A stretch of DNA of 52,600 nt from Spongospora subterranea f. sp. subterranea. Its lineage: Eukaryota. This document shows, in pieces, positions 1 through 13,545 of the stretch. The position numbers were made by a program, and so were the translations under genes. Numbering within the stretch: position 1 is the stretch's first letter; every line of letters begins with the position of its first letter. The notes below the pieces were generated by a model. That model made no database searches, was not told the DNA's origin, and was given only the letters and a program-made list of their open reading frames with translations. The stretch covers positions 62,001-114,600 of the forward strand of contig JAUGWO010000055.1 in assembly GCA_049724395.1 (NCBI GenBank), in the 5' to 3' direction.

Positions 1-2
1 CG

Positions 3-3000
3 TCACTTTGGACATGGTCGGTATATCCTCAAGATAATCGCACAGAGCACCACAGGATGGCCGTCGCTGACGAATCCATTATGCTCTTGAGGTTCATTGT
101 CGAAGGCGGGGGCTCTTTCGCATCGAATGTCATAAGCCAGTTGACAAACGCTCTAGATGATATTCCAGGTCTTCTGCGGGAGCTCCAATCTAACTCAGGG
201 GATTCTTCAACTTTTCCTCTCAAAGGGAAAAAACTTGGGTATGCTATTACCGCGCTAGCTGTAGTTGGAGGACACAAGCGGATGCTTCGACTTGGAGCTC
301 GCGTTCGTCTACCAAATTGTGATATTGGAACGGTCTGCTGGTTTCGATCCAGGTCTCAAATAATGAGGGTTATCCTTGACAACTTGCCTAACAAGCCGCC
401 CATCACCATACCTGTAAAACTAGCTAACCTTTTCGACGAAGGTACCTCATCGAAATCAAGTCAGTTGTTTCAGGACAAGCTTCTGAGCTTGTTCGCCCTG
501 GTTCTTGCTGAATACCGCAAAGATATCACGATGCAGCATTCATTATCCGCACTCGAGACTGAGGAAGAACAAGTAAACGGAAATTCAGTTCAACTGCTGG
601 AAAAGCTGGTTGTCCGGACGCATATCAGCTCGATGTTACTGAAGGCGGTTTGTTCAATGATCAGCACCGATAATCAACGAATCACGGATGGTGATCTACT
701 TTCGCAACTCATGTTCGTAGCATCCATGCCCAGTAAAACGGAATCCAGGCTCGACAGAGCTTCATTGGAGTTTAGACATCAGTTTTTGTGGGCACAGCTT
801 CGGCAAAGCCGGCACGCGTATTTCAACACGGATAAGAGCCCTATCATTCAAGTTCCATCTTCGGCTCCGCCAAGCGTCCCTACGAGTCCGGTTGCAGCGG
901 CGCCTGTAGGCGAAGAGCAAGTTTTTCAGGAAACTAAAATTGATCATGTAGCAGCAATGGGCTTTGACCGTGATTTTTGCCGGCTTGCGTTAGCGAATTG
1001 TGCATGGGATGAAGCATCTGCGGTGGAGTTTCTTCTCGTAAATTTAGACATGTTGGAAGCTCAGAAACGTGCTACCGAGTCTGCGATTGCCGCTGCTGTT
1101 GGACATTCTGTACCGTCAAACGCTTCCTCATCTCCCAAAGACACGTCTGCAAATCGCTCACTTCGCCAAGTAATTCCAAGAGCCAGTTCAGGCTGCTATA
1201 TCGCATGGTCTTCCCACTGTGGACATATCGTTAATCGGCGATACGTCTAGTCGGGAAATTGGAACCGATGTCTATGTCGAGCGTTTCTTTGCCGACAATG
1301 ATCGGGGAGTACTGCCATGCGTCATTGAATCGTATTTGATTAGTCATACCGTACCTGGTGACGGCGACCAAGCATCTACTGGTGCAATTGGCCTAGATGA
1401 TGCAAGTCTTGAATCGGGAGGATATATCGATACTTTGCATTTAGTCAAGGAAATGGATGATACTCTTGGTATAGTATTTGCAAGGGAAGCCGTTCTCGCA
1501 ATACTGTTTTCTCCTGGTTCAACAGATGCCTCTATCACAGTTCGTTCGTGTGCGCTCAAAGATCCATTCTTATTAATACGCCTTTTGAAATTAGTGCTGT
1601 TTCGCAATCGCATGCCCCTTGATCGCGAAAAGGCCTTACTGACAAATATATCAAGCGTATTCCACCAGCGCTGCTCCTCCGAAGAGTTAACTGCTTTTAC
1701 AAGATTTCAGTCGATCATTCTTGAAGAATGTTTACGCCACATGGAATCGGCTGCGTTACCCGAAAATTGTAGCATCATCTGGGGAAACAGAGATTTCGTA
1801 TGCACTGATTTCGATGCATTGTGCAAACCTCGTGTTGAGCTTGCGTCTTGGATGTTCGAATTCCTGATAAGTCTCCCACATCTGTCCCCTGGTTCCAGAG
1901 TTCTTGTCGTCGAACGCTTATGTCGCACGTTGAAGTCATCATCGCTCACCTTGCGCGAAGCCGTGTTCGATATTTTAAGCAAGCTTCTCTACAGTCTTGA
2001 TGCTGGAGATGCCAAAGATTTCGAAGAGTTTGCTCCAAGATACATATCGTTAATCAAAGCCACAGGTACGGTTAGATTTGCTGTCTACAGTTGCCACGTA
2101 ACAACAAATTTCAGGAATTGAGAGGATGGCGGAGCAGCGACTGGTTGTCGAGGAAGATCGTCTCATAAAATCGCGCCTTCTTAGCTCAATGCTGTGCCTG
2201 ATTGCCGCTGTTGATGCTCTTCAACGCCAACTGAAATCCCGACAGGCTTCATCTGAGCAGTCTAAAGCATCTCTATCTCCAGCCGCCAGCACCCATACCT
2301 GATGAAATTACTTCGGACGCAATTGAGGTGTACTGGGAAATTGTCTCTTCAGCGGAATCTTCACAGCCAAGCGAATACTCACTCGAAATGCGAAAGCTTC
2401 CAGGACCCTCTGACCCCTCGCAAACCGTTCCCGATTTTGTTCAAGTCTACCGTGGAGCTGCTAGAGCATTTCGAGCCGTTGGACTTTCTCCCCTGAGATC
2501 GTATGAGCTTCGCGTTATCGGGCTTTTGGGAAATATCAGGTCATTACCGAGCCCGGCAGTTACGATCCTGACGTATCCACTGCTGTATTGGGATCCCCAT
2601 AATGCTCGGGCGTCGGGGCGAGCTCGTGTTCGTCTCTCAAACTGTAATTTGACAGCTTCCTTCGACGCAGGGAGCGACAAATGGCGCTCTTTACAAACTT
2701 CAAAAGGCTTTTGTTCTGGCTTGCATAAGTGGGAGATTGTCCTGGACAGAATGAGCAAAGGATATATTTTCCTTGGGGTCAGCACTGCATCTGCCAACCC
2801 CGATACCTATGTTGGAGGCGATGCCCATGGCTTCGGTCTTTTCATTAGCGATCGCTCACGTTATCACGGTCGAAACAAAATCAAAGGAGGGGCGAAATAT
2901 GGCGATCAGATGAATGTGAATGACGTTGTTGGAATTATCCTCGATCTTGACAAACGGTCAATGTCGTACACGCTCAATGGCAAAGATCTTGGCGTGGCGT

Positions 3001-5338
3001 TTGACGAAATTCCAACTGATCATTGTCTATATCCAAGTGTATCCTTCTACCATCGAGGTGACCAAATCAGTTTTAGCTCGGCCGCATCGGCGCAACTAAC
3101 AAACACATTCCTTCACACTGCCCGTGATCGTATGGTTCGTCTTTCTCGCCGTATCGGAACAGCGACAGAACTCATACGAACGCTGATCTATCCATCGAGT
3201 GGAACATTTTTCATCCCCCATCATTTCATGGATCTAGCATACGCTTATTGGCGGTCTTGGTGTGCGAACGATTTTCGTACATTGCAAACATCGTCAGGTG
3301 AAATCATAACCATTGATGTGTAAGGCCCGGTTGGCTCAATTAAGTATTTTGATTATTTAACCGAATATTGCCTGTTTAGGTGCCGAGCCTCGTGCGCCCG
3401 TCTTGGTTTTATTCCAAACACAAGAGTTTCCCTGCCAAGCGGTGCAATGGGGCGTCTCATGGGCATTTGCGCCAATAGCAATCGGGCTGTGGTCATGGGG
3501 GATAGTGATATTGATCCAGATTTATTCGATTTCGAGCAGATAAAGTCTACAACGGTATCTCCCGCCCCCATGCCGGACGTATCTCGTGCCGAAGGCTCCC
3601 TTTGGACGCTTTCTGAATTTGTCGCTGGCGCTTGTTCTATTGGTCAATCTTTCGATGGACTACTGGTTCGAATATGTAACGATCTGTCTGACCGACTTGG
3701 TTATGATCCGCTCGCGCTTCTTTACGATGAAGTTGCTGAAGGAATCAGCCACGCTCATGAATTGCAAGATTTCCCTGCTGTGAATGTCTGCGCACGATTT
3801 GCTCTATTTCGAACTCTGAATCTTTACATTTCCCATGTGCTGCCATATTTATCTATAACAACCATGGCGTCGTCGGCGCTGAATCTCGGACGATTGATCC
3901 GGCAAATTCGTCATTTGCTTCTTGTTCGTGTTAAAACGACGTTGCTGACTGATATTCTGCATCACACTAGCACTTACACAAAGCCCAGCGAAGATCCATA
4001 TGAAGACCCTCCGGATCTTAAGCAAGTTTCGTTGAATCGTCATCTTGCCGCGAAGGCATTCTCGTCGAAAAGTGTCGATTCCTGTTTAACCCAGAGTTTG
4101 TTTGGCCAAGCTCAGACTCAGGTTGGTTCCGTTGATCATGAAAAGCATTTTTTTTAACATTGAATCAGCTGGATGTGATGCACGTGCGCGATTTACGGCG
4201 AGGATTTGTCCGCATGCTTGATGATGGCCAAGAAAGGACGTTCAAAGTTAAGTTTGTCGGAGAGGGCGTTACGGATAATGGTGGTCCCTATAGAGAATGC
4301 TTCAACGAATTCGTCGCTGAGCTTTTCCGTTTTGATTGTGCGCTTCCTCTGTTTATTCCGACACCGAACGCTCGTGAAGCGCAAGGCTCCCATCGTGACC
4401 GGGCCGTCCCTTCCCCGTCTTGCACCCGATTTGATCTTTACCGTTTCTTTGGCAAGTTAATCGGGGTCGCGGTGCGAAAACAAAATTCACCTGAATTTAC
4501 CGCTACCCATGCTTTTCTGGAGCGCGCTGGTTGGACAACCCCCCTGCCGTCGTCACTTGCTTGAAATTGATTCCCATCTCTACCAACTGATTACCCAAGT
4601 CGAAAAAGCTACTCCTGATGATTTCTCAGATCAGTAAGCAATATATTCCTATGTATTTCTGACCCTGACCAAAATATAATTTTTCACCTAGGTTCGATCA
4701 CACTTTCGAGTGTCTATTGAGTGATAATCGGTCGACTGTGGAGCTGATGCCTGGAGGGAGTCAAACCGCGTTGTCCTATCGTAATCGCTCTGAGTGGATT
4801 CGGCTGATGGAACACAAGAGGCTGCACGAATCAGATGCTCAAATCGAAGAAATCCGCAATGGATTCGCCTCAATTGTTCCTCTGACTGCGTTTGAGCTTT
4901 TCACTGCTGAGGAAATGGAGACGCTCGTTTGCGGTCACGCCGATTTCAACGTTGAGCTTTTGCAAAGCATGACAGTCTACGAATCTGGGTTATCTGCCGA
5001 TGATCCGCACATTCAATACTTCTGGCAAGTTTCTTCACGAAATGACCGCCGACGAAAAGAGCGATTTCGCGAAGTTCGTATGGGCCCGAACCCGGCTCCC
5101 CGTACGCGCCGACCAGTTCATCACAAAGTTCAAAATTCAGCCGGCGGCACAGTTTACAGGGCACGCTGATCATCAACTCCCGCAGTCCCATACTTGTTTC
5201 TTCAGTATTGCCTTACCGCCGTATTCATCAACCGTTGTTCTCCGACACAAACTGCTTTACGCAGCCAGGAATTGTCAAACCCTCGATCGCGATCTCAAAC
5301 TGTCCGATGCTGAGATTGCTGAATTAGGAGATATATAA
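3..5338 (+). CDS. Large HECT-type E3 ubiquitin ligase (UBA - FN3-like - SPRY - HECT), multi-exon, 5' end outside window
   Basis: UBA motif (AMGFDRDFCRLAL...AVEFLL), FN3-like (IEVYWE...VYRG...GLSPLRSYELRV), SPRY (GLHKWEI...DVVGIILDLDKRSMSYTLNGKDLGVAF) and HECT (VKFVGEGVTDNGGPYRE...LPQSHTCFFSIALPPY). GT-AG introns at 2066-2114, 3320-3379, 4122-4168 and 4634-4691 join the ORFs. Apparent 1-nt frameshifts near 1170, 2270, 4477-4480 and 5030-5032. Confidence 0.93.
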
Positions 5339-5509
5339 TGACCATTTCAAAATATAAATTAATTTGGGCTATGTCATATTCTGATTGACGTTGATCTTAG
5401 CTGCTTTGCATAAACGATTTGGACTCGCGCTCCGAGAAACTGCCGCAGAAATCCGCGGAAGGCTCCGGCAAACGAAGACACTCTCTGAACCAGGAGTTTC
5501 CGAATTCCA

Positions 5510-6624
5510 ATGACCGCCATATTCAGACATGCTAAATCGATTAGAGTAGCAAAACATCTCGGTGGTTTGGCAAGAAGTTTGCACTCGCAGTGGAAGAAGG
5601 CGCCAGTTTTGTTGGCAAAATTAGAACTGGCCTCTATGAAGGACGATGCCTTTCACTTGTTTCCCGCCCAGCCGTTGGTTGTTTTGCATGGGCTACTGGG
5701 GTCGAAGAGCAACTTCAAATCTTTCGCCCAACATCCGAAAGTATCAGCCCAAAAAATGTTGGCCATTTGTAACTTTTGTCGTATAGATTGGCACCAACCG
5801 GCGAGTGATTCTGGCCGATCTGAGAAATCACGGGGAAAGTCCCCACGACCCTGATATGAGCCTTGAGTATGAAAGAGCACGGCCGATCACGATTTTCACA
5901 TTTACAATCGCCTTTTCCATAGCGCCATGGCCCTCGACGTCATCCATCTATTGGATCAACTCAATATCGACCGGGCCGCGGTTCTGGGCCATTCCCTGGG
6001 TGGACGCGTTGCCATGGTCACCGCCCTCCGATATCCGAATCGCGTCAGCAGTTTGATTGTGGGCGACATGGCCCCTGTTTCGTACGGATCGCGTTCATCT
6101 ACGACTGGGTATTTTACGAACCGTTTTGTTCACCCCAAGTAAACTGTTGAAATAATCTACGTAGTCAGGTCAAGTTGATCGTTGACGCTCTTGCCTCACT
6201 GCCGTTGGAGAAGTTTAATTCGCGAAAAGAATGTGATACGGCTTTGAAAGAACTAGTTCCTGACACGACTACAAGGCAGTTCGTCCTGCAGAATCTCGTT
6301 GTCGACTCGCGCGACCCGAACCACCATCGATTACGATGGCGTATCAACTTGCCAGCCATCGTCGATTCACTATCCGCCGAGTTCCGTTGGGACGAGGAAC
6401 TAGTTTCGTCTCCCGTTCCGTCCCTGTTTGTAGCGGGTGCCAAATCCGATTACATCCGGCCTGAGCATTATCGCGCCATCAGCATGTTATTCACACATTC
6501 CAGCGTCGTGTCAATTCCTGATGCAGGGCATTGGGTCCATTCTGAGAAACCGACTGAATTTGCCACAATAACCGCCGAATTCCTCATGAAGAGCGACCTC
6601 CGATCGCGTTCATACAATAAATAA
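5510..6624 (+). CDS. ABHD11: ABHD11/YbfF-like alpha/beta-hydrolase (esterase), multi-exon
   Basis: Motifs LHGLLGSKSNF, DLRNHGESP, GHSLGG nucleophile elbow, GDMAP and AGHWVHSEKP. Introns at ~5741-5786, 5867-5922 and ~6109-6164. Confidence 0.88.
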
Positions 6625-6657
6625 AATGTAGAGTAACAGATATTGGTTTATACAATA

Positions 6658-8315
6658 CTACGACAATCGCGATCGACTTTGTGTGAATGAATTGATATTT
6701 GAATAAATAACTTCAATAAGTAAAACGATGAAGGCAAACTGAACGAACAGGATGAGCCATCTTCTACACCTTGAACTCCCTTCTGTGTCATTCGGCGTCG
6801 ACGAGCCCTCAATTTGTCTGGGGAGATGGACGGGTTTCGGAATGACGTTTGCGGTCGACGACTGCGATTTATTTTCCTTAATCGCGTTGGCAACCTGCCT
6901 CTCTACGTTTGAGACAGTCTGGTCTGAATGGAACAACCAACAAATGAAAAAAATGATCTGAGACCGAGCGTTGCCGTTCATACCTAGCGAGTCGATTCGC
7001 TGATTCAGGCATGTTATGGACAGCTCTGAGGCGGCCTGTATGCGGGCCGCTGCATCCAGAATGGCTGCCGATAGTGCCGACTGCGATTGCGCCATCTGCA
7101 GATTTAGATCGGCCGACACGGCTTCGGTTCTCAATCGTGACACCAGTTCCGCGAACGAGGTCGATAACGACACCAGAAACGCGTTCAGGTTCAGTTGAAC
7201 ATCGTCCAATCCGTCTTCTCCATCGCGACGCTGACGCCTGCGCCCGCCAGTCGATTTGCGACGACTGGCGGACGTCAATCCTTCGAAATGATGCTCGAGA
7301 CACGACGACAGCATCATCTTGTACTGTTCAATGAAGGGCCCGGCATCTTGCTTCGCCGAGGACCGCACCGAGTACTGCTTTATAAAGTCGACCTAATAGA
7401 CGCGAAAACACTCAGATTGGCGTTTTATTGAACAACCCGAATGTTCCAATTTGCTGCATTGCGACCGAAAAAACAGAACCATTTCATTATCCAACCGCGT
7501 GCATGCGCCCAACCTGGATCTGTTCTGGGACTATGATTTTTGACGTTGGCGCCAACAGCGTTTGCACTCGAGGCAGGGCCAGAACGTTACCGAACATTGC
7601 GTCGTGATCCTCTTGGGCCTAGAAACCGCGGTTGAGATCGAAAAATCCAGACTGATGAGGCGAGCAAAACCTTGACGAATTCAGAGGCGAGATTGACGAT
7701 GTCGAATTCGCCTCGCTCCGCTTGAGAATGTATCACATTGGCATTATCGATAAATAAGGGCTGAACATGGCGATTTAGCAACGATAAAATCGGTCGTGAA
7801 ATTCGGGGAATTACCATGGTGGAAGCCGATCTCGAGGAGAGCATGGGAGCATCGGAATCGGTCATGTTTTCGAACGGGTCGGCACTTGAAAACACGTCAA
7901 CTTCGTCGTTGTTGGATTCTGAGGTCTTTGTGGCTCCGGCCGCTAATACACGTCGGGCGAATACATCCAACGATGGACCGTTGACATTGAGCTTTGCAAC
8001 GCTATCCTCATCGTCATCGCTCAGCAGAACCGGCACATGATCAGCCTCTAAAATCGTTATATGACCAAAGACAATACGCCCGTAAATCCCAAATTAAAAA
8101 TCACCTTTCTCCGAGCCTGAAGTCAGATCGAACCCGCTCCTTTCTAATTCGTCGCCGTCGTCGCCTTCTGCACGTCAATGAGTAACAAGTATTTTTGAAA
8201 CGTCATGAGAAGCGGTGAACGGACGGATTTGATGTGATTGTCGTTGTTGTAGGCGATTAATCATGTCACCACTTAGCACGAAATCCCCCAGTTCGCCATC
8301 ATCATCATCGGCCAT
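6658..8315 (-). CDS. Hypothetical multi-exon protein with acidic N-terminus, helical/coiled-coil middle and a C-terminal transmembrane segment
   Basis: Probable ATG at 8315 (MADDDDGELGDF...), followed by ORFs 7587-8036 and 6658-7368 separated by AT-rich intron-like gaps. C-terminal hydrophobic stretch WLILFVQFAFIVLLIEVIY. Exon joins not all resolved. Confidence 0.55.
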
Positions 8316-9075
8316 GAGACGGCTGCGCTCAGTAACGATGCCTAATTTTCTGATTCGAAAAACCCCACTTTAACTTGATAGAGCCGGGTGGGCCAACGCT
8401 TGATCCAGACGAAATTCGTGGCAGTCCCGGTGGAAGAATGCAGTTCGGGGCGGTTGGCGTAAACAGAGTCGATTAACGAGTGAGTGACAATATACACTTA
8501 GGTTAGATGACTGTGGCGCAGCCCCATACACAATGTGACGGGTGTTGGCTGAGTCGTTTTCGCTGGCGCTGCCCTATCACCCCTATCCTCTGATTTGATA
8601 CTCGTTCCCCGCCATTAACATGTTGGCTTTAGCCGGGCCTGGTGACATTGTTTGGTACCCTCGTCGAGTAGAGCAGCTTACGAAAATCCTTGCATGACGC
8701 GCTCGACTGCAGTTTCGTGCGTCATGTAGGTGAGCGAAATCCCAATCCTTGGTGATGAAGTCGATAGTGCGTCGAAAGGCCAAAGTACAAGTTCGGTTAG
8801 ATCCTCTGACCTCCATGTTGTCACCATCAGGGGTGGTCTCGCATGATCACCCTGTTTTTGTCAACAACATGGGAGTAGGATGCAAAGCGACTGTCATACA
8901 AGAATTCCCGCGCATGCTCGTGCGAATTGCATCATGAATTCGCCCTATAGTGCTCCTGATTCGGATTGGTGAATTCCTGGGCTGGTACTACATTTACTTC
9001 ATGACACCCCTTACGCAACATGCTGCACTTTACGCATGTCATGAATTACGCGACAGTATCAATCACCACCTGCAC

Positions 9076-10968
9076 CACGCTACACTTATTTACTCACTTC
9101 ATGCATCACGCTACACTTAGTTACTCACCTCATGCATCACGCTACACTACTCACCTCATGCATCACGCTACACTTAGTTACTCACCTCATGCATCACGCT
9201 ACACTTAGTTACTCACCTCATGCATCACGCTACACTTAGTTACTCACCTCATGCATCACGCTACACTTAGTTACTCACCTCATGCATCACGCTACACTTA
9301 GTTACTCACCTCATGCATCACGCTACACTTAGTTACTCACCTCATGCATCACGCTACACTTAGTTACTCACCTCATGCATCACGCTACACTTAGTTACTC
9401 ACCTCATGCATCACGCTACACTTAGTTACTCACCTCATGCATCACGCTACACTTAGTTACTCACCTCATGCATCACGCTACACTTAGTTACTCACCTCAT
9501 GCATCACGCTACACTTAGTTACTCACCTCATGCATCACGCTACACTTAGTTACTCACCTCATGCATCACGCTACACTTAGTTACTCACCTCATGCATCAC
9601 GCTACACTTAGTTACTCACCTCATGCATCACGCTACACTTCAGTTACTCACCTCATGCATCACGCTACACTTAGTTACTCACCTCATTACTCACCTCATG
9701 CATCACGCTACACTTAGTTACTCACCTCATGCATCACGCTACACTTAGTTACTCACCTCATGCATCACGCTACACTTAGTTACTCACCTCATGCATCACG
9801 CTACACTTAGTTACTCACCTCATGCATCACGCTACTCACCTCATGCATCACGCTACACTTAGTTACTCACCTCATGCATCACGCTACACTTAGTTACTCA
9901 CCTCATGCATCACGCTACACTTAGTTACTCACCTCATGCATCACGCTACACTTATTTACTCCACCTCATGCATCACGCTACACATTAGTTACTCACCTCA
10001 TGCATCACGCTACACTTAGTTACTCACCTCATGCATCACGCTACACTTAGTTACTCACCTCATGCATCACGCTACACTTAGTTACTCACCTCATGCATCA
10101 CGCTACACTTAGTTACTCACCTCATGCATCACGCTACACTTAGTTACTCACCTCATGCATCACGCTACACTTAGTTACTCACCTCATGCATCACGCTCAC
10201 TTAGTTACTCACCTCATGCATCACGCTACACTTAGTTACTCACCTCATGCATCACGCTACACTTAGTTACACCTCATGCATCACGTTACTCACGCTACAC
10301 CTCATGCATCACGCTACACTTAGTTACTCACCTCATGCATCACGCTACACTTAGTTACTCACCTCATGCATCACGCTACACTTAGTTACTCACCTCATGC
10401 ATCACGCTACACTTAGTTACTCACCTCATGCATCACGCTACACTTAGTTACTCACCTCATGCATTACTCACCTCATGCATCACGCTACACTTAGTTACTC
10501 ACCTCATGCATCACGCTACACTTAGTTACTCACCTCATGCATCACGCTACACTTAGTTACTCACCTCATGCATCACGCTACACTTAGTTACTCACCTCAT
10601 GCATCACGCTACACTTAGTTACTCACCTCATGCATCACGCTACACTTAGTTACTCACCTCATGCATCACGCTTACACTTAGTTACTCACCTCATGCATCA
10701 CGCTACACTTAGTTACTCACCTCATGCATCACGCTACACTTAGTTACTCACCTCATGCATCACGCTACACTTAGTTACTCACCTCATGCATCACGCTACA
10801 CTTAGTTACTCACCTCATGCATCACGCTACACTTAGTTACTCACCTCATGCATCACGCTACACTTAGTTACTCACCTCATGCATCACGCTACACTTAGTT
10901 ACTCACCTCATGCATCACGCTACACTTAGTTACTCACCTCATGCATCACGCTACACTTAGTTACTCAC
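9076..10968. repeat. Tandem array (minisatellite) of 31-bp unit CTCACCTCATGCATCACGCTACACTTAGTTA, about 60 copies
   Basis: Periodicity read directly. Units are near-identical with a few partial units and indels. Degenerate units occur at both edges (~9020-9110 and ~10995-11045). No spacers. Confidence 0.98.
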
Positions 10969-11254
10969 GCTTCAGTATGGCGACACACAGAGTCTGTATC
11001 AATCTCCTCATGCATCTCGCTACACATCAATCTCCTCATGCATCGGACTTCTTATAAGTATTACATCTTCTGAAGAATGTGACCACAGACGAATGAAGAG
11101 CGCTACGGATCGTCGGATCCACTGACCCCAATCGCTGCGGTTGATCACGAGGTTAATGGACGAGTCCAAAATATCACACCTCTCTCCATCGTCGCAGATG
11201 ATGTTAAACAACTGGAACCCAATACGGTTGGAACCCGGTGAGGCAATTCAGTAA

Positions 11255-12305
11255 ACCTTGAAGCGTGGGAAACCGGTGCACCAGATTTGGGAGCTGTTTT
11301 CTGATGCGGTCGATGCTCATCAGATGTCTTCCGGTAACAACTGTGTTTGCAAAAATTGCAAGAGGGTCTTTTTTAAAAGCATTTTTATGAAATTTATATG
11401 AAGTTCACGTTTGGAGCTTTTCAGACCGACCTAGCTTTCCTTGTGGCAGGCGCCTTATCCATGCCAGAGCGGAACATGAAGTCCGTCATCCAAACGAAAA
11501 TAAAATATGGAACCTGCCGGGTCTAGTAGCAGCTGCTGCGACTCGTTGGGGGATGTTTTTTCGGTCAATTCTGGCAGCTGACTCGGTCCTCAATGCAATC
11601 GTTTCCCAGCGTGAATTCGAAGGCACCGGTACGAACACGCAGAGAGACAGCAGAAGCGAAAAATAACAGAAATCATCGCCTCTGTTGATTTCGTCGTGCC
11701 TCTGAAGACAGCGCCTTCCAGGTATCCGAGGTAGATCAGGCTTTCATCGCTTTGCCAACGATGTTTTCGAATATCCAAGGTATTCCCGACGACCGGAAGA
11801 ATTATCCTGTGAAACTGTCTACCGAACGCCTCAAGTTCATGTATGGAGACGCGCATGGTTTCGGAAACATTCCCTCCTGCGGTCACAAGTCGAAGATCTC
11901 CTATTCACATTTGGGCTTCAGATCTTCGAGGAGTACACTTAGTTTCGCGTCAGCGCCATGCTCCAAAAAGAATCTGATTCTTTCAGATTTAAAAATGCTG
12001 AAAAGGGCGCCAAGACCATTTTACAATACTGGGTCTCCGATGGAAAACGATTGGCCTGCCTTACAAGCAGGTGGCATCGCGAGTGTTCTCAAGGGCATGC
12101 TCAACTGCTGCTTCGGAACGTAGTTTCTCTCAACTTTCGGCTTCATCCACACCAAATTTCGAACAGTCTGACAGAAGATAATGTCAGGAAGCTGGTCTAT
12201 ATCAAGACCGATGCGTTGCAGCTGTCAGATCAATTGAAACAGGCCGATGAAGATGATCGTGGGCAAGAGGATGAGTATGGCATCACTAATATTCGATCAT
12301 TTTGA
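11255..12305 (+). mobile_element. Decayed, internally deleted hAT-superfamily transposase
   Basis: BED-finger-like start (RGKPVHQIWELF...CVCKNCK), AAATRWG motif at ~11530-11552, and a frameshifted hAT C-terminal dimerisation domain (ILQYW...WPALQ...STAASER...FIHTK...NSLTEDNVRKLVYIK). Confidence 0.8.
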
Positions 12306-12441
12306 ATGAATTAAATCAATCTACAAATTTCAGAATCTTTTATCTTCGTAAATCTTCTTATATTTCATCAAAGAATGACAAGATGTTGGTTCTACTAGGA
12401 AAAAAATTCTTATAACACCTTGGAATAATGGTGAAGCCATC

Positions 12442-12760
12442 CTCATCCTCTTGCCCACGATCATCTTCATCGGCCTGTCGCAATTGATCTGACAGCTGCA
12501 ACGCATTGATATAGACCAGCTTCCTGGCGTTATCTTCTGTCAGACTGTTGCGAAGTTTGGTGTGGATGACGCCAAACGTCCCAGTATTGTAAAACGGTCT
12601 TGGTGCCCTTTTTTCAGCATTTCAAATCTGAAAGAATCAGATTCTCTTTTTCGAGCATGGAGCTGACGCGAAACTGAGTGCACTCCTCGAAGATCGGCTT
12701 TTTTTGCGCCATTAAGTCGTTAAAGCCCAAATGTGAATCGGAGATCTTCGACTTGCGATC
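12442..12760 (-). repeat. Inverted, partly deleted second copy of the hAT 3' segment (matches ~11880-12275)
   Basis: The reverse complement matches 12141-12275 and 11880-12033, with an internal deletion and a short insertion. Confidence 0.9.
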
Positions 12761-13056
12761 CAAACCGTCACCAACATGTCGAGGGTCCAGAATGTTGCAC
12801 GATCATAATTATGCACGTTCTTCGCGTCAGCCTTGGGCAAGTTCGTCATTGACCTGAGCACTCATCGATAGCTAGAGGACTTGTACACGATTGGAACGAG
12901 TGGTTCTGACGGCAACAACAGTAGATATTTCCTGGTTTTGCCCCTTTGTCTTTGTGCGTTCGAAGTTCGCGCGTCAAAATAGATTTTTTTTCCCGTATGT
13001 GCAGGTTTGGGCATGAAAAACGAGGCGCAGCCTGCTCCTCGGTTTTCAAACAGATT

Positions 13057-13545
13057 ATGGCGTCGATCTGGTGCTCATGCGGCGAAGAGTGTCGACAAAG
13101 CGATTGTCCCCGGCTGAACGCAGTGTGGATTGAGGACACCTCGCTAGACGGCGGCATGATCGAGACATTCGTTGGGCATCGGTCGGCCGGGGCGATCGCC
13201 ACGTTCATTGGGATGACCCGCGACAACTTCGGAGGGCGCCCGGTCGCCAAACTGCATTACGAGGCATATCGTGCGATGGCAGTCAAGCAAATGCGGGAGA
13301 TTTGCGGTGAAATCAGGAGCAAATGGGATGTTTGTCGAATAGGGATGGCACACCGTCTAGGCGACGTTCCAGTATCAGAAGCGTCGGTTCGCATCGCCAT
13401 ATCGTCCGCTCATCGTGCGGAAAGTCTGCAGGCGGTTGCGTTTGCGATCGACCGGCTCAAAGCCACGGTCGCCATCTTTAAACGCGAGGATTACGCATCT
13501 GGGGAGGCGTCGCAATGGAAGCGGAATTTGGAGCTGAGCCCCTGA
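13057..13545 (+). CDS. MOCS2: Molybdopterin synthase catalytic subunit (MoaE/MOCS2B), intronless
   Basis: GAIATFIGMTRDNF...LHYEAYRAMA...AHRLGDVPVSEASVRIAISSAHR...IDRLKATVAIFKRE...WK matches the MoaE signature. Start taken at the ATG at 13057. Confidence 0.93.
   Translation: MASIWCSCGEECRQSDCPRLNAVWIEDTSLDGGMIETFVGHRSAGAIATFIGMTRDNFGGRPVAKLHYEAYRAMAVKQMREICGEIRSKWDVCRIGMAHRLGDVPVSEASVRIAISSAHRAESLQAVAFAIDRLKATVAIFKREDYASGEASQWKRNLELSP

Noticed and set aside
4470..5040. Programmed ribosomal frameshifting in the HECT gene
   Set aside because: No consistent slippery heptamer or downstream structure. Similar indels occur in unrelated genes, which fits sequencing error.
57..5338. Seven separate genes as suggested by the ORF track
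   Set aside because: GT-AG introns and 1-nt indels join them into one collinear HECT ligase.
8828..8854. Short hairpin as a hAT terminal inverted repeat
   Set aside because: It is imperfect, and no partner TIR or 8-bp TSD was found at the other end of the hAT relic.
9076..10968. CRISPR array (31-bp repeat length is CRISPR-like)
   Set aside because: Units are head-to-tail with no unique spacers, there are no cas genes, and the context is eukaryotic with introns.
9076..10968. Telomeric array or repeat-protein CDS
   Set aside because: It is internal with genes on both sides. The unit is not a multiple of 3 and stops occur on both strands.
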